Assembly: GCA_045628845.1 (NCBI GenBank)
Contig: JAZQQE010000067.1
Coordinates: 915 to 64,914, forward strand
DNA: 64,000 bases
DNA from: Oscillospiraceae bacterium
GTDB lineage: Bacteria > Bacillota > Clostridia > Oscillospirales > Oscillospiraceae
Reading direction: 5' to 3'
Shown here: positions 35,643 through 45,648 of the stretch, piece after piece
Layout: the number at the start of each line of letters is the position of its first letter
How positions within the stretch are numbered: the first letter of the stretch is position 1
The notes under the pieces: generated by a model
Told to the model about the DNA's origin: nothing
The model's database searches: none
Seen by the model: only the letters and a program-made list of their open reading frames with translations
Translations under genes and position numbers: made by a program

Positions 35643-37013
35643 ATGCCGCGCAGCAAACGCCTTGATACGGACATGACGGAGGGCAACTCTACAAAGCTCA
35701 TTTTGAAGTTCGCCGCTCCGCTGATGCTCGGGAATCTGTTCCAGCAGCTCTACAATACCGTCGACAGTCTCGTCGTCGGGAATCTCGTCGGCAAGGAAGC
35801 CCTTGCCGCGGTCGGTTCGACCTCATCGATAATCAATACGCTCATCGGCTTTTTTCTCGGCTTTTCGATGGGCGCGAACGTCGTCATATCGCAGTACTAC
35901 GGGGCGAAGGACTACAAAAGAGTCCACGATGCGGTACATACGACGATCATATTCTCGCTGATACTCTCGGCCGTCTTCACGGTCATCGGCGTCGCCATGG
36001 TGCCCGCGATGCTCCGGCTCATGGACACGCCCGAGGACGTCTTCAAGGAGGCGCAGGTCTATCTGCGCATATACTTTGCGGGGCTTATAGGACTCCTCAT
36101 TTACAACATGGGCTCCGGCATACTCCGCGCCGTCGGCGACTCGAAGAGGCCGCTCTATTTCCTCATTTTCTCCGCCTGCGTGAACACCGTGCTCGACATC
36201 GTCTTCGTCGTCGTGTTCAAGCTCGGCGTTTCCGGCGTCGCCCTCGCTACGATAATCGCACAGGGGCTCTCCGCGGCGCTCGTGCTCTTCGTTCTGAGCC
36301 GCACGGAGGGGCCGCACAGGCTGATCTGGCGCGATATACGCTTCGATTTCACGCTGCTGCGGCAGATAGTCCGCATAGGACTTCCGTCCTCCATACAGCA
36401 GGCCGTCACGGCGTTTTCCAACGTCTTCGTGCAGTCTTACATCAACGCCTTCGGCTCGGCGTGCATGGCAGGCTGGTCGTGCTACGGCAAGATAGACGCC
36501 GTCGCGCTGCTCCCGATGCAGTCGATAGCCATGGCATCGACGACGTTCATGGGTCAGAATCTCGGCGCGGGCAAGATAGAGAGGGCAAAGCGCGGCGTCC
36601 GCACCTCGCTCCTCATCTCCGTTGTCTGCACCGTGATACTCGTGACGCCGCTCATAGCCTTCTCGCGCAGCATAGTGCGGCTCTTCAATCAGGATGCGGA
36701 GGTCATCAAGTTCGGAGGTCTGTTCCTCCGCCGTCTGTCCCCGTTCTACGTCCTGTGCTGTGTAAATCAGATCTACGCGGGCGCTCTGCGCGGCGCGGGT
36801 GCGACGCGCGCTCCGATGATCATCATGCTCGGCTCGTTCGTCGCGTTCCGGCAGGTGTATCTCTTCACGGTGTCGCGCCTTATCGGTACGGTCGAGGCCG
36901 TCGCCTACGGATATCCCTGCGGCTGGCTCGTCTGCTCGGCGGCGATATTCCTCTATTACCGCTTCGCGCACTGGGAGCGGGCCGCCGTCACGCGTGTCCC
37001 CGAACGAACCTGA
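35643..37013 (+). CDS. MATE family efflux transporter
   Basis: This is ORF 35520..37013 with the start moved to ATG 35643. The N-terminus is KLILKFAAPLMLGNLFQQLYNTVDSLVVGNLVG. Confidence 0.85.
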   Translation: MPRSKRLDTDMTEGNSTKLILKFAAPLMLGNLFQQLYNTVDSLVVGNLVGKEALAAVGSTSSIINTLIGFFLGFSMGANVVISQYYGAKDYKRVHDAVHTTIIFSLILSAVFTVIGVAMVPAMLRLMDTPEDVFKEAQVYLRIYFAGLIGLLIYNMGSGILRAVGDSKRPLYFLIFSACVNTVLDIVFVVVFKLGVSGVALATIIAQGLSAALVLFVLSRTEGPHRLIWRDIRFDFTLLRQIVRIGLPSSIQQAVTAFSNVFVQSYINAFGSACMAGWSCYGKIDAVALLPMQSIAMASTTFMGQNLGAGKIERAKRGVRTSLLISVVCTVILVTPLIAFSRSIVRLFNQDAEVIKFGGLFLRRLSPFYVLCCVNQIYAGALRGAGATRAPMIIMLGSFVAFRQVYLFTVSRLIGTVEAVAYGYPCGWLVCSAAIFLYYRFAHWERAAVTRVPERT

Positions 37014-37020
37014 TTTCCCG

Positions 37021-37047
37021 AAACGCCCTCCTATTCGGAGGGCGTTT
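37021..37047. terminator. Bidirectional terminator hairpin shared by convergent MATE and capA-like genes
   Basis: AAACGCCCTCC-TATTC-GGAGGGCGTTT. The capA-like stop codon (37031-37033) lies at the junction of the left arm and the loop (its first base is the last stem base). Confidence 0.75.
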
Positions 37048-38323
37048 CTTCTTGCTCTGTTTCCGGAGGCTCCGCGGGAGGCTCCTCCGGCGCGGGCTCC
37101 TGCGGGGGCTCTGCGGGCGGTCCTTCCGGCTGCTCCGCCGGCTCGTCCGCCGGCTCCTCAGGAGTCTCGGACGGCTCTTCCGGCACGTCCTCCGGCTTAG
37201 GCGAGGGCTGGTTATAGCTTACGTACAGGTCGGGTCCGTCGAACGTCCCGTCGAGCTTGGAGAGGACGCGCAGATACTGCTCGCTCCCCTCCTCGCAGGG
37301 TACGGGTCTGTAATCGTTGTACGAGGTCGAGCCCGACAGTGCGAACGGGACTATCTCCGTCTCTCCGAGGCGGAACGTTCCGTTTTCCTTGATGATGTGC
37401 TGCCTGATGACGGCGGTATCCTTGTCGCGCGGGTTCGAGTTGCCGCCGAAGACGAAGTTTCCGAGGCTGTAATAGATGACGCCGCCGCCGTAGTTCACGA
37501 CCTTCTGCAAGACGTGCGGATGCGTGCCGAACACGATATCCGCACCGTAGTCTATCGCGCGCTTGGAATATATCTCCTGATTGGCGTCGTATCTGTACGA
37601 GCCCTCCTCGCCGTAGTGGCAGGCGACGACGACTATGTCAGCCCCCGCCTCGCGCAGCGCGCCTATCATGTAGGCAAGGCGGTCAAATCTGTAAAAAGCG
37701 GCGCAGACGCCTATTTTCAGCCCGCCGTCGGTCGTATACATGCAAGTCCCGCCGTCGGAGGCGTAGGCGATGCCCGCCGTTTCGAGTGCGGCCTTCGTAT
37801 CGGAAAGGCCCGTATCGCCGTAGTCGCCGGTGTGGTTGTTGGCTATGGTGACGCAGTCGACTCCCCCGAGCGTCAGCACGCCGGTGTATTCCGGCTCGCC
37901 GCGGAAGCAAAACAGCTTGTCCGCCGGGACGTCGTAGTCCGTCAGCGCGCATTCGAGATTCACCATCGTGAAATCATCATCGAGCATATACTCCGACGCG
38001 AACGCGAACGGATAGGACATATCATCCCCCATGACGGAGCCGAACGCCCAGTCCGCCGTACGGTAGCCGTGCTCGGCGGCAAGGGTGCAGTCCCCGGCAA
38101 AGGTCAGGATAAATTCCGTCTGCTCCGGAGGCTCGCTCGGCTCGGGCTCCGGCTCCATGCTCGGCACGGAGCCGGGTGCGAATACCGCGAGGGGCGCGGG
38201 CGCGGCGGTCACGGGGGGCTCCGCCGGGACCTCATACGTCGGCTCCGGCGCGGCAGGCTTCCCGCACGAGGCGGCAAGCACGATCATGAGCAGAGCGCAG
38301 AGCGCGGCCGTTATCTTTCTCAA
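37031..38323 (-). CDS. CapA/PGA_cap family metallophosphatase-like lipoprotein
   Basis: It has a lipobox (LAASCGK), NNHTGDYG, ACHYGEEGS and FGTHPHVLQ motifs, and a Pro/Glu-rich C-terminal tail. Confidence 0.8.
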   Translation of the reverse strand: MRKITAALCALLMIVLAASCGKPAAPEPTYEVPAEPPVTAAPAPLAVFAPGSVPSMEPEPEPSEPPEQTEFILTFAGDCTLAAEHGYRTADWAFGSVMGDDMSYPFAFASEYMLDDDFTMVNLECALTDYDVPADKLFCFRGEPEYTGVLTLGGVDCVTIANNHTGDYGDTGLSDTKAALETAGIAYASDGGTCMYTTDGGLKIGVCAAFYRFDRLAYMIGALREAGADIVVVACHYGEEGSYRYDANQEIYSKRAIDYGADIVFGTHPHVLQKVVNYGGGVIYYSLGNFVFGGNSNPRDKDTAVIRQHIIKENGTFRLGETEIVPFALSGSTSYNDYRPVPCEEGSEQYLRVLSKLDGTFDGPDLYVSYNQPSPKPEDVPEEPSETPEEPADEPAEQPEGPPAEPPQEPAPEEPPAEPPETEQEETPSE

Positions 38324-38347
38324 TCGCCGTCTCCTTCCGAATGGACG

Positions 38348-39586
38348 TTACATCTTTATCTTCGCAAACGCTTTCTTTCCGCGGCGCACGAGCACGCCGT
38401 CTCCCTTGAGCTCGGCAGAGGTGAAGGTCTTTCCGATATCAGTGACCTTTTCGCCCGCGGCCTCGACACCGCCCTGCTGGATGGCCCTGCGGCCCTCGCT
38501 GCGGCTGGCTACGAGACCCGCCTTGACGAGCATCGTTATTATGTCAACCTTTTCGTCGGTCAGGTCATCGTCCGTGAGAGTGCAGGAGGGCACATCGGCG
38601 GAGGGGCCTCCCACGAAGAGGGACTTCGCAGCGGCCTGCGCGCGGTCGGCCTCCTCGTCGCCGTGGACGAGGCTCGTAAGCTCCCAGGCGAGCTTTTCCT
38701 TGGCGATGTTGAGCTGGCTTCCCTCCCATTTTTCCATGGGCTCTATCTCCTCGAGGGACATGAACGTGAGGAGCTTGAGGCACTTGATGACGTCGGCATC
38801 GTCGACGTTGCGCCAGTACTGGTAGAAATCATACGGGCTCGTTTTGTCCGGATCGAGCCAGAGCGCGCCGGACTGCGTCTTGCCCATCTTTTTGCCCTCG
38901 CTCGTGAGGAGGAGCGTGATGGTCATGCCGCCGACGTCGTGACCGAGCTTGCGGCGGATGAGCTCCGTGCCGCCGAGGATGTTGCTCCACTGGTCGTTGC
39001 CGCCGCACTGGAGGTTGCAGCCGTACTTCTGATGCAGGGCATAGAAGTCGTAGCTCTGCATGATCATGTAGTTGAATTCGAGGAACGAGAGTCCGCGCTC
39101 CATCCTCTGCTTGTAGCACTCGGCGCGGAGCATGTTGTTGACGGAGAAGCACGGGCCGACGTCGCGCAGGAGCTCGACGTAGTTGAGCTTCATGAGCCAG
39201 TCGGCGTTGTTGTCCATGATGGCCTTGCCGTCGCTGAAATCGACGAAGCGGGCCATCTGCTTTTTGAAGCACTCGCCGTTGTGGGCTATCGTCTCGGGCG
39301 TCATCATCGTGCGCATATCGGTACGGCCGGAGGGGTCGCCGACCATGGCGGTGCCGCCGCCGATGAGCGCGATGGGCACGTTGCCGTACTGCTGCATGCG
39401 CTTCATGAGGCACAGAGCCATGAAGTGACCGGCATGAAGGCTGTCCGCAGTCGGGTCGAATCCGATATAGAACACGGCTTTGCCGTCGTTTATCATCTTG
39501 GGTATGGCGACCTCGTCGGTTATCTGGGCGATGAGGCCACGGGCGGTAAGATCTTCGTAGAGTGTCATTTCAATCACCTTTATCAA
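38348..39586 (-). CDS. tyrS: Tyrosine--tRNA ligase
   Basis: It has a HIGH-type motif (SLHAGH), KMGKT and a C-terminal S4 domain. Confidence 0.92.
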   Translation of the reverse strand: MIKVIEMTLYEDLTARGLIAQITDEVAIPKMINDGKAVFYIGFDPTADSLHAGHFMALCLMKRMQQYGNVPIALIGGGTAMVGDPSGRTDMRTMMTPETIAHNGECFKKQMARFVDFSDGKAIMDNNADWLMKLNYVELLRDVGPCFSVNNMLRAECYKQRMERGLSFLEFNYMIMQSYDFYALHQKYGCNLQCGGNDQWSNILGGTELIRRKLGHDVGGMTITLLLTSEGKKMGKTQSGALWLDPDKTSPYDFYQYWRNVDDADVIKCLKLLTFMSLEEIEPMEKWEGSQLNIAKEKLAWELTSLVHGDEEADRAQAAAKSLFVGGPSADVPSCTLTDDDLTDEKVDIITMLVKAGLVASRSEGRRAIQQGGVEAAGEKVTDIGKTFTSAELKGDGVLVRRGKKAFAKIKM

Positions 39587-39599
39587 AAATAGTTTTTTG

Positions 39600-39880
39600 T
39601 AAAAATAAACGCCCTCTGTCCGAAAGGGACAGAGGGCGAAAAACGCGGTACCACCTCTGAACGCGCGACTCTCACGGGACGCGCCTCGACGGGTTCTTGC
39701 CCCATTCCGGGCGCAAACCTCCGCGCTGTAACGGGCGCTCCCCGTCGCGCCCTACTTTCGGTTCAGGCGCGCCGCTCCGGACTGTATTCATCACGGGCCT
39801 CCCCGTCCTCCTTTCACCGTACGGAGGCTCTCTGCGCGGGTCGTGCCGGGACTACTTGTGTCCTTCACAGCGTATTCGAT
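39600..39880 (-). promoter_or_regulatory. T-box leader, Tyr specifier, controlling tyrS
   Basis: Read on the minus strand: the specifier context is GAA-UAC-A (UAC = plus coordinates 39784-39786), the conserved T-box is AGAGGUGGUACCGCG (39644-39658), and the terminator CGCCCUCUGUCC-CUUU-GGACAGAGGGCG (39610-39638) is followed by U-rich sequence. Confidence 0.9.
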
Positions 39881-39911
39881 AATATCGGCGTTATATTAAC
39901 ACGAAAATGCG

Positions 39912-41591
39912 TCAGGTGTCAAGATTTCTTTTGAATTCACGCGCCGCTTCGAGCTGCTCGGCGGAGCTTTTGAGAAGCGAGCTGCCGACGTTTTCGCCGC
40001 CCATGAGTCGCGCGAGCTCGCGGGTGCGCCCGTCCTCGTCAAGACGCGAGGCGACGGCGTATGTGCGGCCCTCGCTCTCGTGCTTTTCGACGCTGAACTG
40101 ACTGTCCGCCATGGCGGCTATCTGCGGGAGGTGCGTCACGCACAGCACCTGCCTGCCGCGCGACAGAGCGGCAAGCTTTTCAGCGACTCTCTGCGCGGCG
40201 ATACCGGAAACGCCCGTATCTATCTCGTCGAATATCAGGACCTGCGAATCGCTCCTGCGGGCGAGCACGGTCTTCATGGCGAGCATTATCCTCGACAGCT
40301 CGCCGCCGGACGCTATTTTGCTTATCCTGCCGCACTCCTCGCCCGCGTTGGCGGACATCAGGAAACGCACGGTATCCGCGCCCGTCGAGTCGGGCTTCTT
40401 CGGCAGCATCTCCGTCTCGAAGCGGACTCCCGGCATGCTCAAAGCCGCAAGCTCGCCCACTATCTGACCGCGCAGACGGTCCGCCGCGGCGCGGCGCTCC
40501 GACGAGAGCGCGGCGCAAGCCTTTTCGAGCCTCGCAAGACGCTGCTGCTCCTCTTTTTCGGCGCGCTGTACGCGCTCTGTCAGATATTCCACGTCCTCGA
40601 GCTCGTTGCGCGAGTCCTCAAGCAGCTTCGCGACATCCGTAAGCGTGCCGTACTTTCTCGAAAGCCTTTCGAGCACGTGGAGGCGCTCCTCGATCCTGTC
40701 GAGCTCGCCGGGGGAGAAATCGAGCGAGTCTCGTATCGCGGAGACCTGATCCGTCAGCTCGCGCAGAGCATAACGCAGCTGCTCGGCATTTTTGGCGGCG
40801 TCTGAAACACAGTCCGCTATCCTCGCGGCGGCGGCGAGCGACGCCGAGGCCTCGTCGAGAAGCTCCACCGCCCCGTCGGAGCTGTCGTCCCCGTACAGGG
40901 AGCGGTACACGTCGTCGAGGCGCTGATTGAGCTTTCCGGAGTTTCTGAGCAGGGCGCGGCGCTCCGCAAGCGCTTCCGCCTCGCCCTCCTTCGGGTCGGC
41001 GCGTTCGAGCTCCTCGATGCGTTCTCGAAGCTCCTCCTCGCGGCGCTCCTTGTCGTGCTCCGCCTCACGCAGAGCCTCGAGCTCCTCAGAGGAGGCGCGC
41101 CACGCGGCGTACAGCCCGGAGACCTCCGCTCTTTTCCCGTCGAGCCCTCCGAAGCCGTCGAGGTATTTCAGGTGCGCCGATTCGCGCAGGAGTCCCGCTC
41201 CGTCGTTCTGCCCGTGTATGTCGAACAGTATCTCTCCGAGAGAGCGCAGCTGAGCGACGCTGACGGGCACTCCGTTGACGCGGCAGGAGCTCTTCCCGTC
41301 CTCGCTGACCCTGCGCTGGACTATGAGCTCGTCCTCCGGCTCGATATCGTTCTCCTCGAGCCATGCGCGGGCCGCCTCCGGCATGGTCAGCACGCCCGTG
41401 ATGAGCGCGCTTTTGCACCCGGAGCGGACTATTTCATGCCCTACTCTGCCGCCCATGACGGCGCTTATGGCGTCTATGACGATGGATTTGCCCGCACCTG
41501 TCTCACCCGTGAGCACATTGAGCCCCGGGCCGAACTGCACGTCCGCCTTTTCGATGACGGCCATATTTTCTATGCGCAGAGTGTCGAGCAT
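39912..41591 (-). CDS. recN: DNA repair protein RecN
   Basis: It has GETGAGKSI, an SMC-like coiled coil and a C-terminal signature region. Confidence 0.92.
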   Translation of the reverse strand: MLDTLRIENMAVIEKADVQFGPGLNVLTGETGAGKSIVIDAISAVMGGRVGHEIVRSGCKSALITGVLTMPEAARAWLEENDIEPEDELIVQRRVSEDGKSSCRVNGVPVSVAQLRSLGEILFDIHGQNDGAGLLRESAHLKYLDGFGGLDGKRAEVSGLYAAWRASSEELEALREAEHDKERREEELRERIEELERADPKEGEAEALAERRALLRNSGKLNQRLDDVYRSLYGDDSSDGAVELLDEASASLAAAARIADCVSDAAKNAEQLRYALRELTDQVSAIRDSLDFSPGELDRIEERLHVLERLSRKYGTLTDVAKLLEDSRNELEDVEYLTERVQRAEKEEQQRLARLEKACAALSSERRAAADRLRGQIVGELAALSMPGVRFETEMLPKKPDSTGADTVRFLMSANAGEECGRISKIASGGELSRIMLAMKTVLARRSDSQVLIFDEIDTGVSGIAAQRVAEKLAALSRGRQVLCVTHLPQIAAMADSQFSVEKHESEGRTYAVASRLDEDGRTRELARLMGGENVGSSLLKSSAEQLEAAREFKRNLDT

Positions 41592-41600
41592 TTCCTTCGC

Positions 41601-42053
41601 CTACTTCAGCATCGTCTTTATCTCGGCGCAGAAGAGCTCCGCGGCCTGAGGGTCGGTCATGGCGAGGAACGCGGTATCGTCGCCGGCGAGAGAGCCGACG
41701 ATGGTCCTTATCGCCATGGAGTCGATGGCCGTGCAGGCGGCGGGCGCCATGCCGGGCAGAGTCTTCATGACAACTATGTTCTGCGCGCACGCAAGGCTCG
41801 TGACGGACTCACGGAATATCGTCTTGAGGCGCTCGGCGTAGTCCATGACGCCGCCCTCGGAGGGCGATACGTACTTATACTTGCCGCCGGCGGTCAGCTC
41901 CTTGACGAGTCGCAGCTCGCGCATATCGCGCGACACGGTCGCCTGCGTGCTGTTGAGTCCCTCCTTGGCAAGGGCCTCGATGAGCTGGTTCTGCGTTTCG
42001 ATCTCCTGCGTGGTGATGATCTCAAGGATCTTCTCCTGTCTGTATGACTTCAT
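41601..42053 (-). CDS. argR: Arginine repressor
   Basis: The sequence begins MKSYRQEKILEIITTQEIETQNQLIEALAKEGLNSTQATVSRDMRELRLVK. 150 aa. Confidence 0.9.
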   Translation of the reverse strand: MKSYRQEKILEIITTQEIETQNQLIEALAKEGLNSTQATVSRDMRELRLVKELTAGGKYKYVSPSEGGVMDYAERLKTIFRESVTSLACAQNIVVMKTLPGMAPAACTAIDSMAIRTIVGSLAGDDTAFLAMTDPQAAELFCAEIKTMLK

Positions 42054-42083
42054 CTCTTCTCCTCCAATGCGCAGAGCGCAGAT

Positions 42084-42950
42084 TTATAGCTTCATTGTAA
42101 GTTTTCTGTTTACGAGAGTATAGAAATCCCTGTTCTTTATGCGGACGAGCTTCGTCACGTACTTCGAGCGCGTAACGCGCACGATATCGCCGTTGCGCAT
42201 GGAAAAGGCGTTCTTCCCGTCGACCATGAGGCGCGCAGAGCGCTCCTCCGCTCCGATGAGCTCCGCCGTGAGTACCCGCGTCGGTGCGAGCACGAACACC
42301 TGATTGGGCAGCGTGTGCGCGCATATCGGAGTCATCAGGAAGTCCTCCGCCTCCGGCTCGACGACCGGGCCGCCTGCCGACATGGAATACCCCGTCGAGC
42401 CCGTCGGCGTGGAAAAAATGATGCCGTCGCCCGCGAAGGAGCACATCTCGCGCCCGTCGCTTCTCGCCGTGATATGCACCATGTGCTCCTCGGCTCCGCG
42501 CTCGATGACGGCGTCGTTGAGGACGGTCTCGCTGACCTTTTCCTCGCCGTCGCGGTATACGCGCACGTCGAGCATCATGCGGTGCTCCACGGTGCAGTCG
42601 CCCGTCACGACGCGCGCCGCCTCCTCCCACTCGTCACGCTCGAGGCCCGCGAGGAAGCCTATCGTTCCGAGGTTTATGCCGAGCAGGGGCACGTCCGCCT
42701 TCGCGGTCGCCTTGGATATATGGAGTATCGTACCGTCGCCGCCGAGGCAGATGACGCAGTCGGCTCCGTCGAGCTCGCTGCCGAATACCCTCGCGGCGGC
42801 GCCGCCGGGAGCGGACTCGAAAAACGGAGTCACCCTCACCTCGGCGCCTTTGGAGCGCAGGAGGCTTTCGAGCCTGCCCGTCAGCTCCATGTCGATATCT
42901 CTTTTTTCATTGGGACAGATGATGATATTGTTCATATTTTCCCCCGTCAT
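42084..42950 (-). CDS. nadK: NAD kinase
   Basis: It has the GGDGT motif (CLGGDGTILH). 288 aa. Confidence 0.9.
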   Translation of the reverse strand: MTGENMNNIIICPNEKRDIDMELTGRLESLLRSKGAEVRVTPFFESAPGGAAARVFGSELDGADCVICLGGDGTILHISKATAKADVPLLGINLGTIGFLAGLERDEWEEAARVVTGDCTVEHRMMLDVRVYRDGEEKVSETVLNDAVIERGAEEHMVHITARSDGREMCSFAGDGIIFSTPTGSTGYSMSAGGPVVEPEAEDFLMTPICAHTLPNQVFVLAPTRVLTAELIGAEERSARLMVDGKNAFSMRNGDIVRVTRSKYVTKLVRIKNRDFYTLVNRKLTMKL

Positions 42951-43735
42951 ACCGAAGCATGAGCAAGTTTTACAAGAGCCGGTATATCCGGCGGTACGCT
43001 CTCCCCGGACGTTCCGAGAAGGGCGAGAAATTCTATGTTTCCCTCGGGTCCGCGTATGGGCGACACGCCGAGACCGCGCACGGCAAAGCCGTTTTCCTCC
43101 GCGCAGGCGCAGAAGGCGCGCAGGACCTCCCCGTGCACCGCGGCGTCCTTCACGACGCCCTTTTTGCCGACCTTGCCGCGCCCCGCCTCGAACTGGGGCT
43201 TGACAAGGCAGATGACGCTCCCGCCGTCGGCGATGAAGCGGCGCATTACCGGAAGCACGAGGCCGAGCGAGATGAACGACAGATCAGCCGTAACGAGCCG
43301 GGGCGGCGTGTCGAACGCCTCCGGCGTGAGCGTGCGGACGTTCGTCTCCTCCATGCACACGACGCGCGGATCGTCGCGCAGTATCTGCGCGAGCTGGCCT
43401 CTGCCGACGTCTATCGCGTAGACCTTCGCCGCGCCGCGGCGCAGCAGTACCTGCGTGAAGCCGCCCGTTGACGCGCCGCAGTCGGCACATACGAGGCCCT
43501 CCGGCGAGACGCCGAAGATTTCGAGCGCGGAAAGGAGCTTTTTCGCGCCGCGGCTCACGTAGTCGAAGCCGCCCGAGAGCTCTATCACGTCCTCCGGCGA
43601 GACGCGCTGCGACGCCTTCGCCGCGGTCTTCCCGTTCACGGTGATGTTGCCCGCCTCTATCTCCGAGCGTGCGCGGTCTCTTCCCGGGCATATGCCGCGG
43701 GCGACCATTTCAGCATCGAGCCGCGCCTCACTCAC
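42947..43735 (-). CDS. tlyA: TlyA family rRNA 2'-O-methyltransferase
   Basis: It has an S4 domain at the N-terminus and an FtsJ-like methyltransferase domain (DCGASTGGFT). Confidence 0.88.
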   Translation of the reverse strand: MSEARLDAEMVARGICPGRDRARSEIEAGNITVNGKTAAKASQRVSPEDVIELSGGFDYVSRGAKKLLSALEIFGVSPEGLVCADCGASTGGFTQVLLRRGAAKVYAIDVGRGQLAQILRDDPRVVCMEETNVRTLTPEAFDTPPRLVTADLSFISLGLVLPVMRRFIADGGSVICLVKPQFEAGRGKVGKKGVVKDAAVHGEVLRAFCACAEENGFAVRGLGVSPIRGPEGNIEFLALLGTSGESVPPDIPALVKLAHASV

Positions 43736-45581
43736 GGGAAAGCTCCTCTTTGACGCAGGCGGCTATCCCCGCGGCGTCGAGTCCGAGGCTCGCGAGCAGC
43801 ATGGCGGTCGAGCCGTGCTTTGTGAACGAAGAGCCGAGGCTCCGGAGCGTGACGTGAAGACCGAGCCCCCGCAGGGCCGCCTCCGCGGCTATCGCCTCAC
43901 CGACGGCGCCGTTTCCGATAGCGTCCTCCGCGACGAGGATGCGCCCCGCCTTTCCGGCGGCGTCGAACACGGCGTCGAAATCTATCGGGGCTATGCATCC
44001 GAGCTTGAGCACGCCCGCGTCTATCCCCTCGCCGGCAAGCAGCTCCGCCGCGCCGGTGAGCTCGTTTATCATCTTTCCGTAGCCTATGAGGAGGACGTCG
44101 CTGCCCCCGCGCAGGAGCTTCACGCGCTCCGCGCCGCCATCGGTATACGCGCCCTCGCCGCCTCGCGGCCATCTGACCGCGACGGGGCCCTCCGCCTTCA
44201 CCGCGAGAGCGAGCATATCGCGAAGCTCTGCGGCGGACGCGGGACTCCACACCGTCATGCCCGGTATCTGACGAAGATACCCGACGTCGAACACGCCGTG
44301 ATGAGTCTCCCCGTCCTCTCCGACGAGGCCCGCCCTGTCGACGGCGAGCACGACGTGCAGTCCGAGAATGGCGACGTCGTGGATGAGCATATCGTATCCG
44401 CGCTGAAGGAACGAGGAATACACGGCGAAGACGGGCACGAGGCCCTGCTTTGCCATTCCCGCCGCCATGGCGACGGCATGTCCCTCGGCTATGCCGACGT
44501 CGAAAAATCTGCCCGGGAACTCCTCGGCGAACGGGACGAGCCCCGTTCCCTGCTCCATGGCAGCCGTTATGGCGCAGATGCGCCCGTTTTCCCGCGCGAG
44601 CTCCGTGAGCTTTGAGCCGAATACGGATGAAAAGCTCGGCCCGCTCTCCTTGTGCCCCGCGGCGGGGACTCCGTGGTATCTGTCGGGCTCAGTCTCCGCT
44701 GGGGCGTAGCCCCTGCCCTTCTGCGTCACGACGTGGAGCAGCACCGGGCCGGGAGCGTTCTTCGCGGCCTCGAGAAGATACGTGAGCTGGCGCATATCGT
44801 GCCCGTCGGCAGGACCCATGTACTGGAAGCCCATCTCCTCGAACATGCTGCAGTGCAGTATCGCGTGCTTCACGGCTTCCTTTATGCCGTGATTGAATTT
44901 ATATACCGCCTTGCCGCCGGGGAGAGCCCGGATGAGCCTGCGGTAGTTCTTTTTGAAGTTGAAGTATGCCGGCTTGACGCGCTGCGCCGCGAGGATGCGC
45001 GCCATCGCCCCGACGTTCTTCTTTATGGACATGCCGTTATCGTTGAGGATGACGACCATGCGTTCGCCGCTCTGACCCGCGTCGTTGAGCGCCTCAAAGG
45101 CAAGGCCGCCCGTCAGCGCGCCGTCACCCGTGACGCAGACGACGTTGTAGTCCTCACCCGTCAGGGTCCTCGCGCGCGCCATTCCGAGCGCGACGGAGAT
45201 GGAGTTCGATGCGTGGCCCGCGATGAAAGCGTCGGCGTCCGACTCGCAGGGCTTCGGGAATCCGCTCATGCCGCCGAAGGAGCGCAGGGAGGCGAAGCCC
45301 TCCTGCCTTCCGGTAAGCAGCTTATGTACGTAGCTCTGATGGCCGACGTCGAAGACGATACGGTCCCTGAACGGATCGAACGTCCTTTCAAGCGCGACCG
45401 TGAGCTCCACCGCGCCGAGATTGGACGAGAGATGCCCGCCCGTCTTCAGGACGCTTCCGACGAGGAAGCTTCGTATCCTGCCGCAGAGCTCATCGAGCTG
45501 CGCGTAATCCATATCTTTCAGCGCCTCGGGACCCGGGATGAAATTATTGTTTTCCACGGTAATACCTCGGCTATATATCAT
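43728..45581 (-). CDS. dxs: 1-deoxy-D-xylulose-5-phosphate synthase
   Basis: It has the GHASNSISVALGMA and GDGALTGG ThDP motifs. 617 aa. Confidence 0.92.
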   Translation of the reverse strand: MIYSRGITVENNNFIPGPEALKDMDYAQLDELCGRIRSFLVGSVLKTGGHLSSNLGAVELTVALERTFDPFRDRIVFDVGHQSYVHKLLTGRQEGFASLRSFGGMSGFPKPCESDADAFIAGHASNSISVALGMARARTLTGEDYNVVCVTGDGALTGGLAFEALNDAGQSGERMVVILNDNGMSIKKNVGAMARILAAQRVKPAYFNFKKNYRRLIRALPGGKAVYKFNHGIKEAVKHAILHCSMFEEMGFQYMGPADGHDMRQLTYLLEAAKNAPGPVLLHVVTQKGRGYAPAETEPDRYHGVPAAGHKESGPSFSSVFGSKLTELARENGRICAITAAMEQGTGLVPFAEEFPGRFFDVGIAEGHAVAMAAGMAKQGLVPVFAVYSSFLQRGYDMLIHDVAILGLHVVLAVDRAGLVGEDGETHHGVFDVGYLRQIPGMTVWSPASAAELRDMLALAVKAEGPVAVRWPRGGEGAYTDGGAERVKLLRGGSDVLLIGYGKMINELTGAAELLAGEGIDAGVLKLGCIAPIDFDAVFDAAGKAGRILVAEDAIGNGAVGEAIAAEAALRGLGLHVTLRSLGSSFTKHGSTAMLLASLGLDAAGIAACVKEELSRE

Positions 45582-45607
45582 TTTTCCATTTTGTTTATAT
45601 ATTACAC

Positions 45608-45648
45608 AATATTCATGTGTTATTCAACACAAATATTCATAATATTCA
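45608..45648 (-). repeat. Four direct copies of TGAATA(TT) in the dxs upstream region
   Basis: On the plus strand, AATATTCA occurs at 45608-45615, 45632-45639 and 45641-45648, with TATTCA at 45621-45626. These read TGAATATT on the dxs sense strand. Confidence 0.7.

Noticed and set aside
36461-39592. A 1043-aa plus-strand ORF spanning three loci.
   Set aside because: It begins inside the MATE gene, in a different frame, and then runs antisense through the CapA-like and tyrS genes and across their intergenic regions. Its composition is Arg/Gly/Leu/Ala-rich and it has no recognisable domains. It is a shadow ORF.
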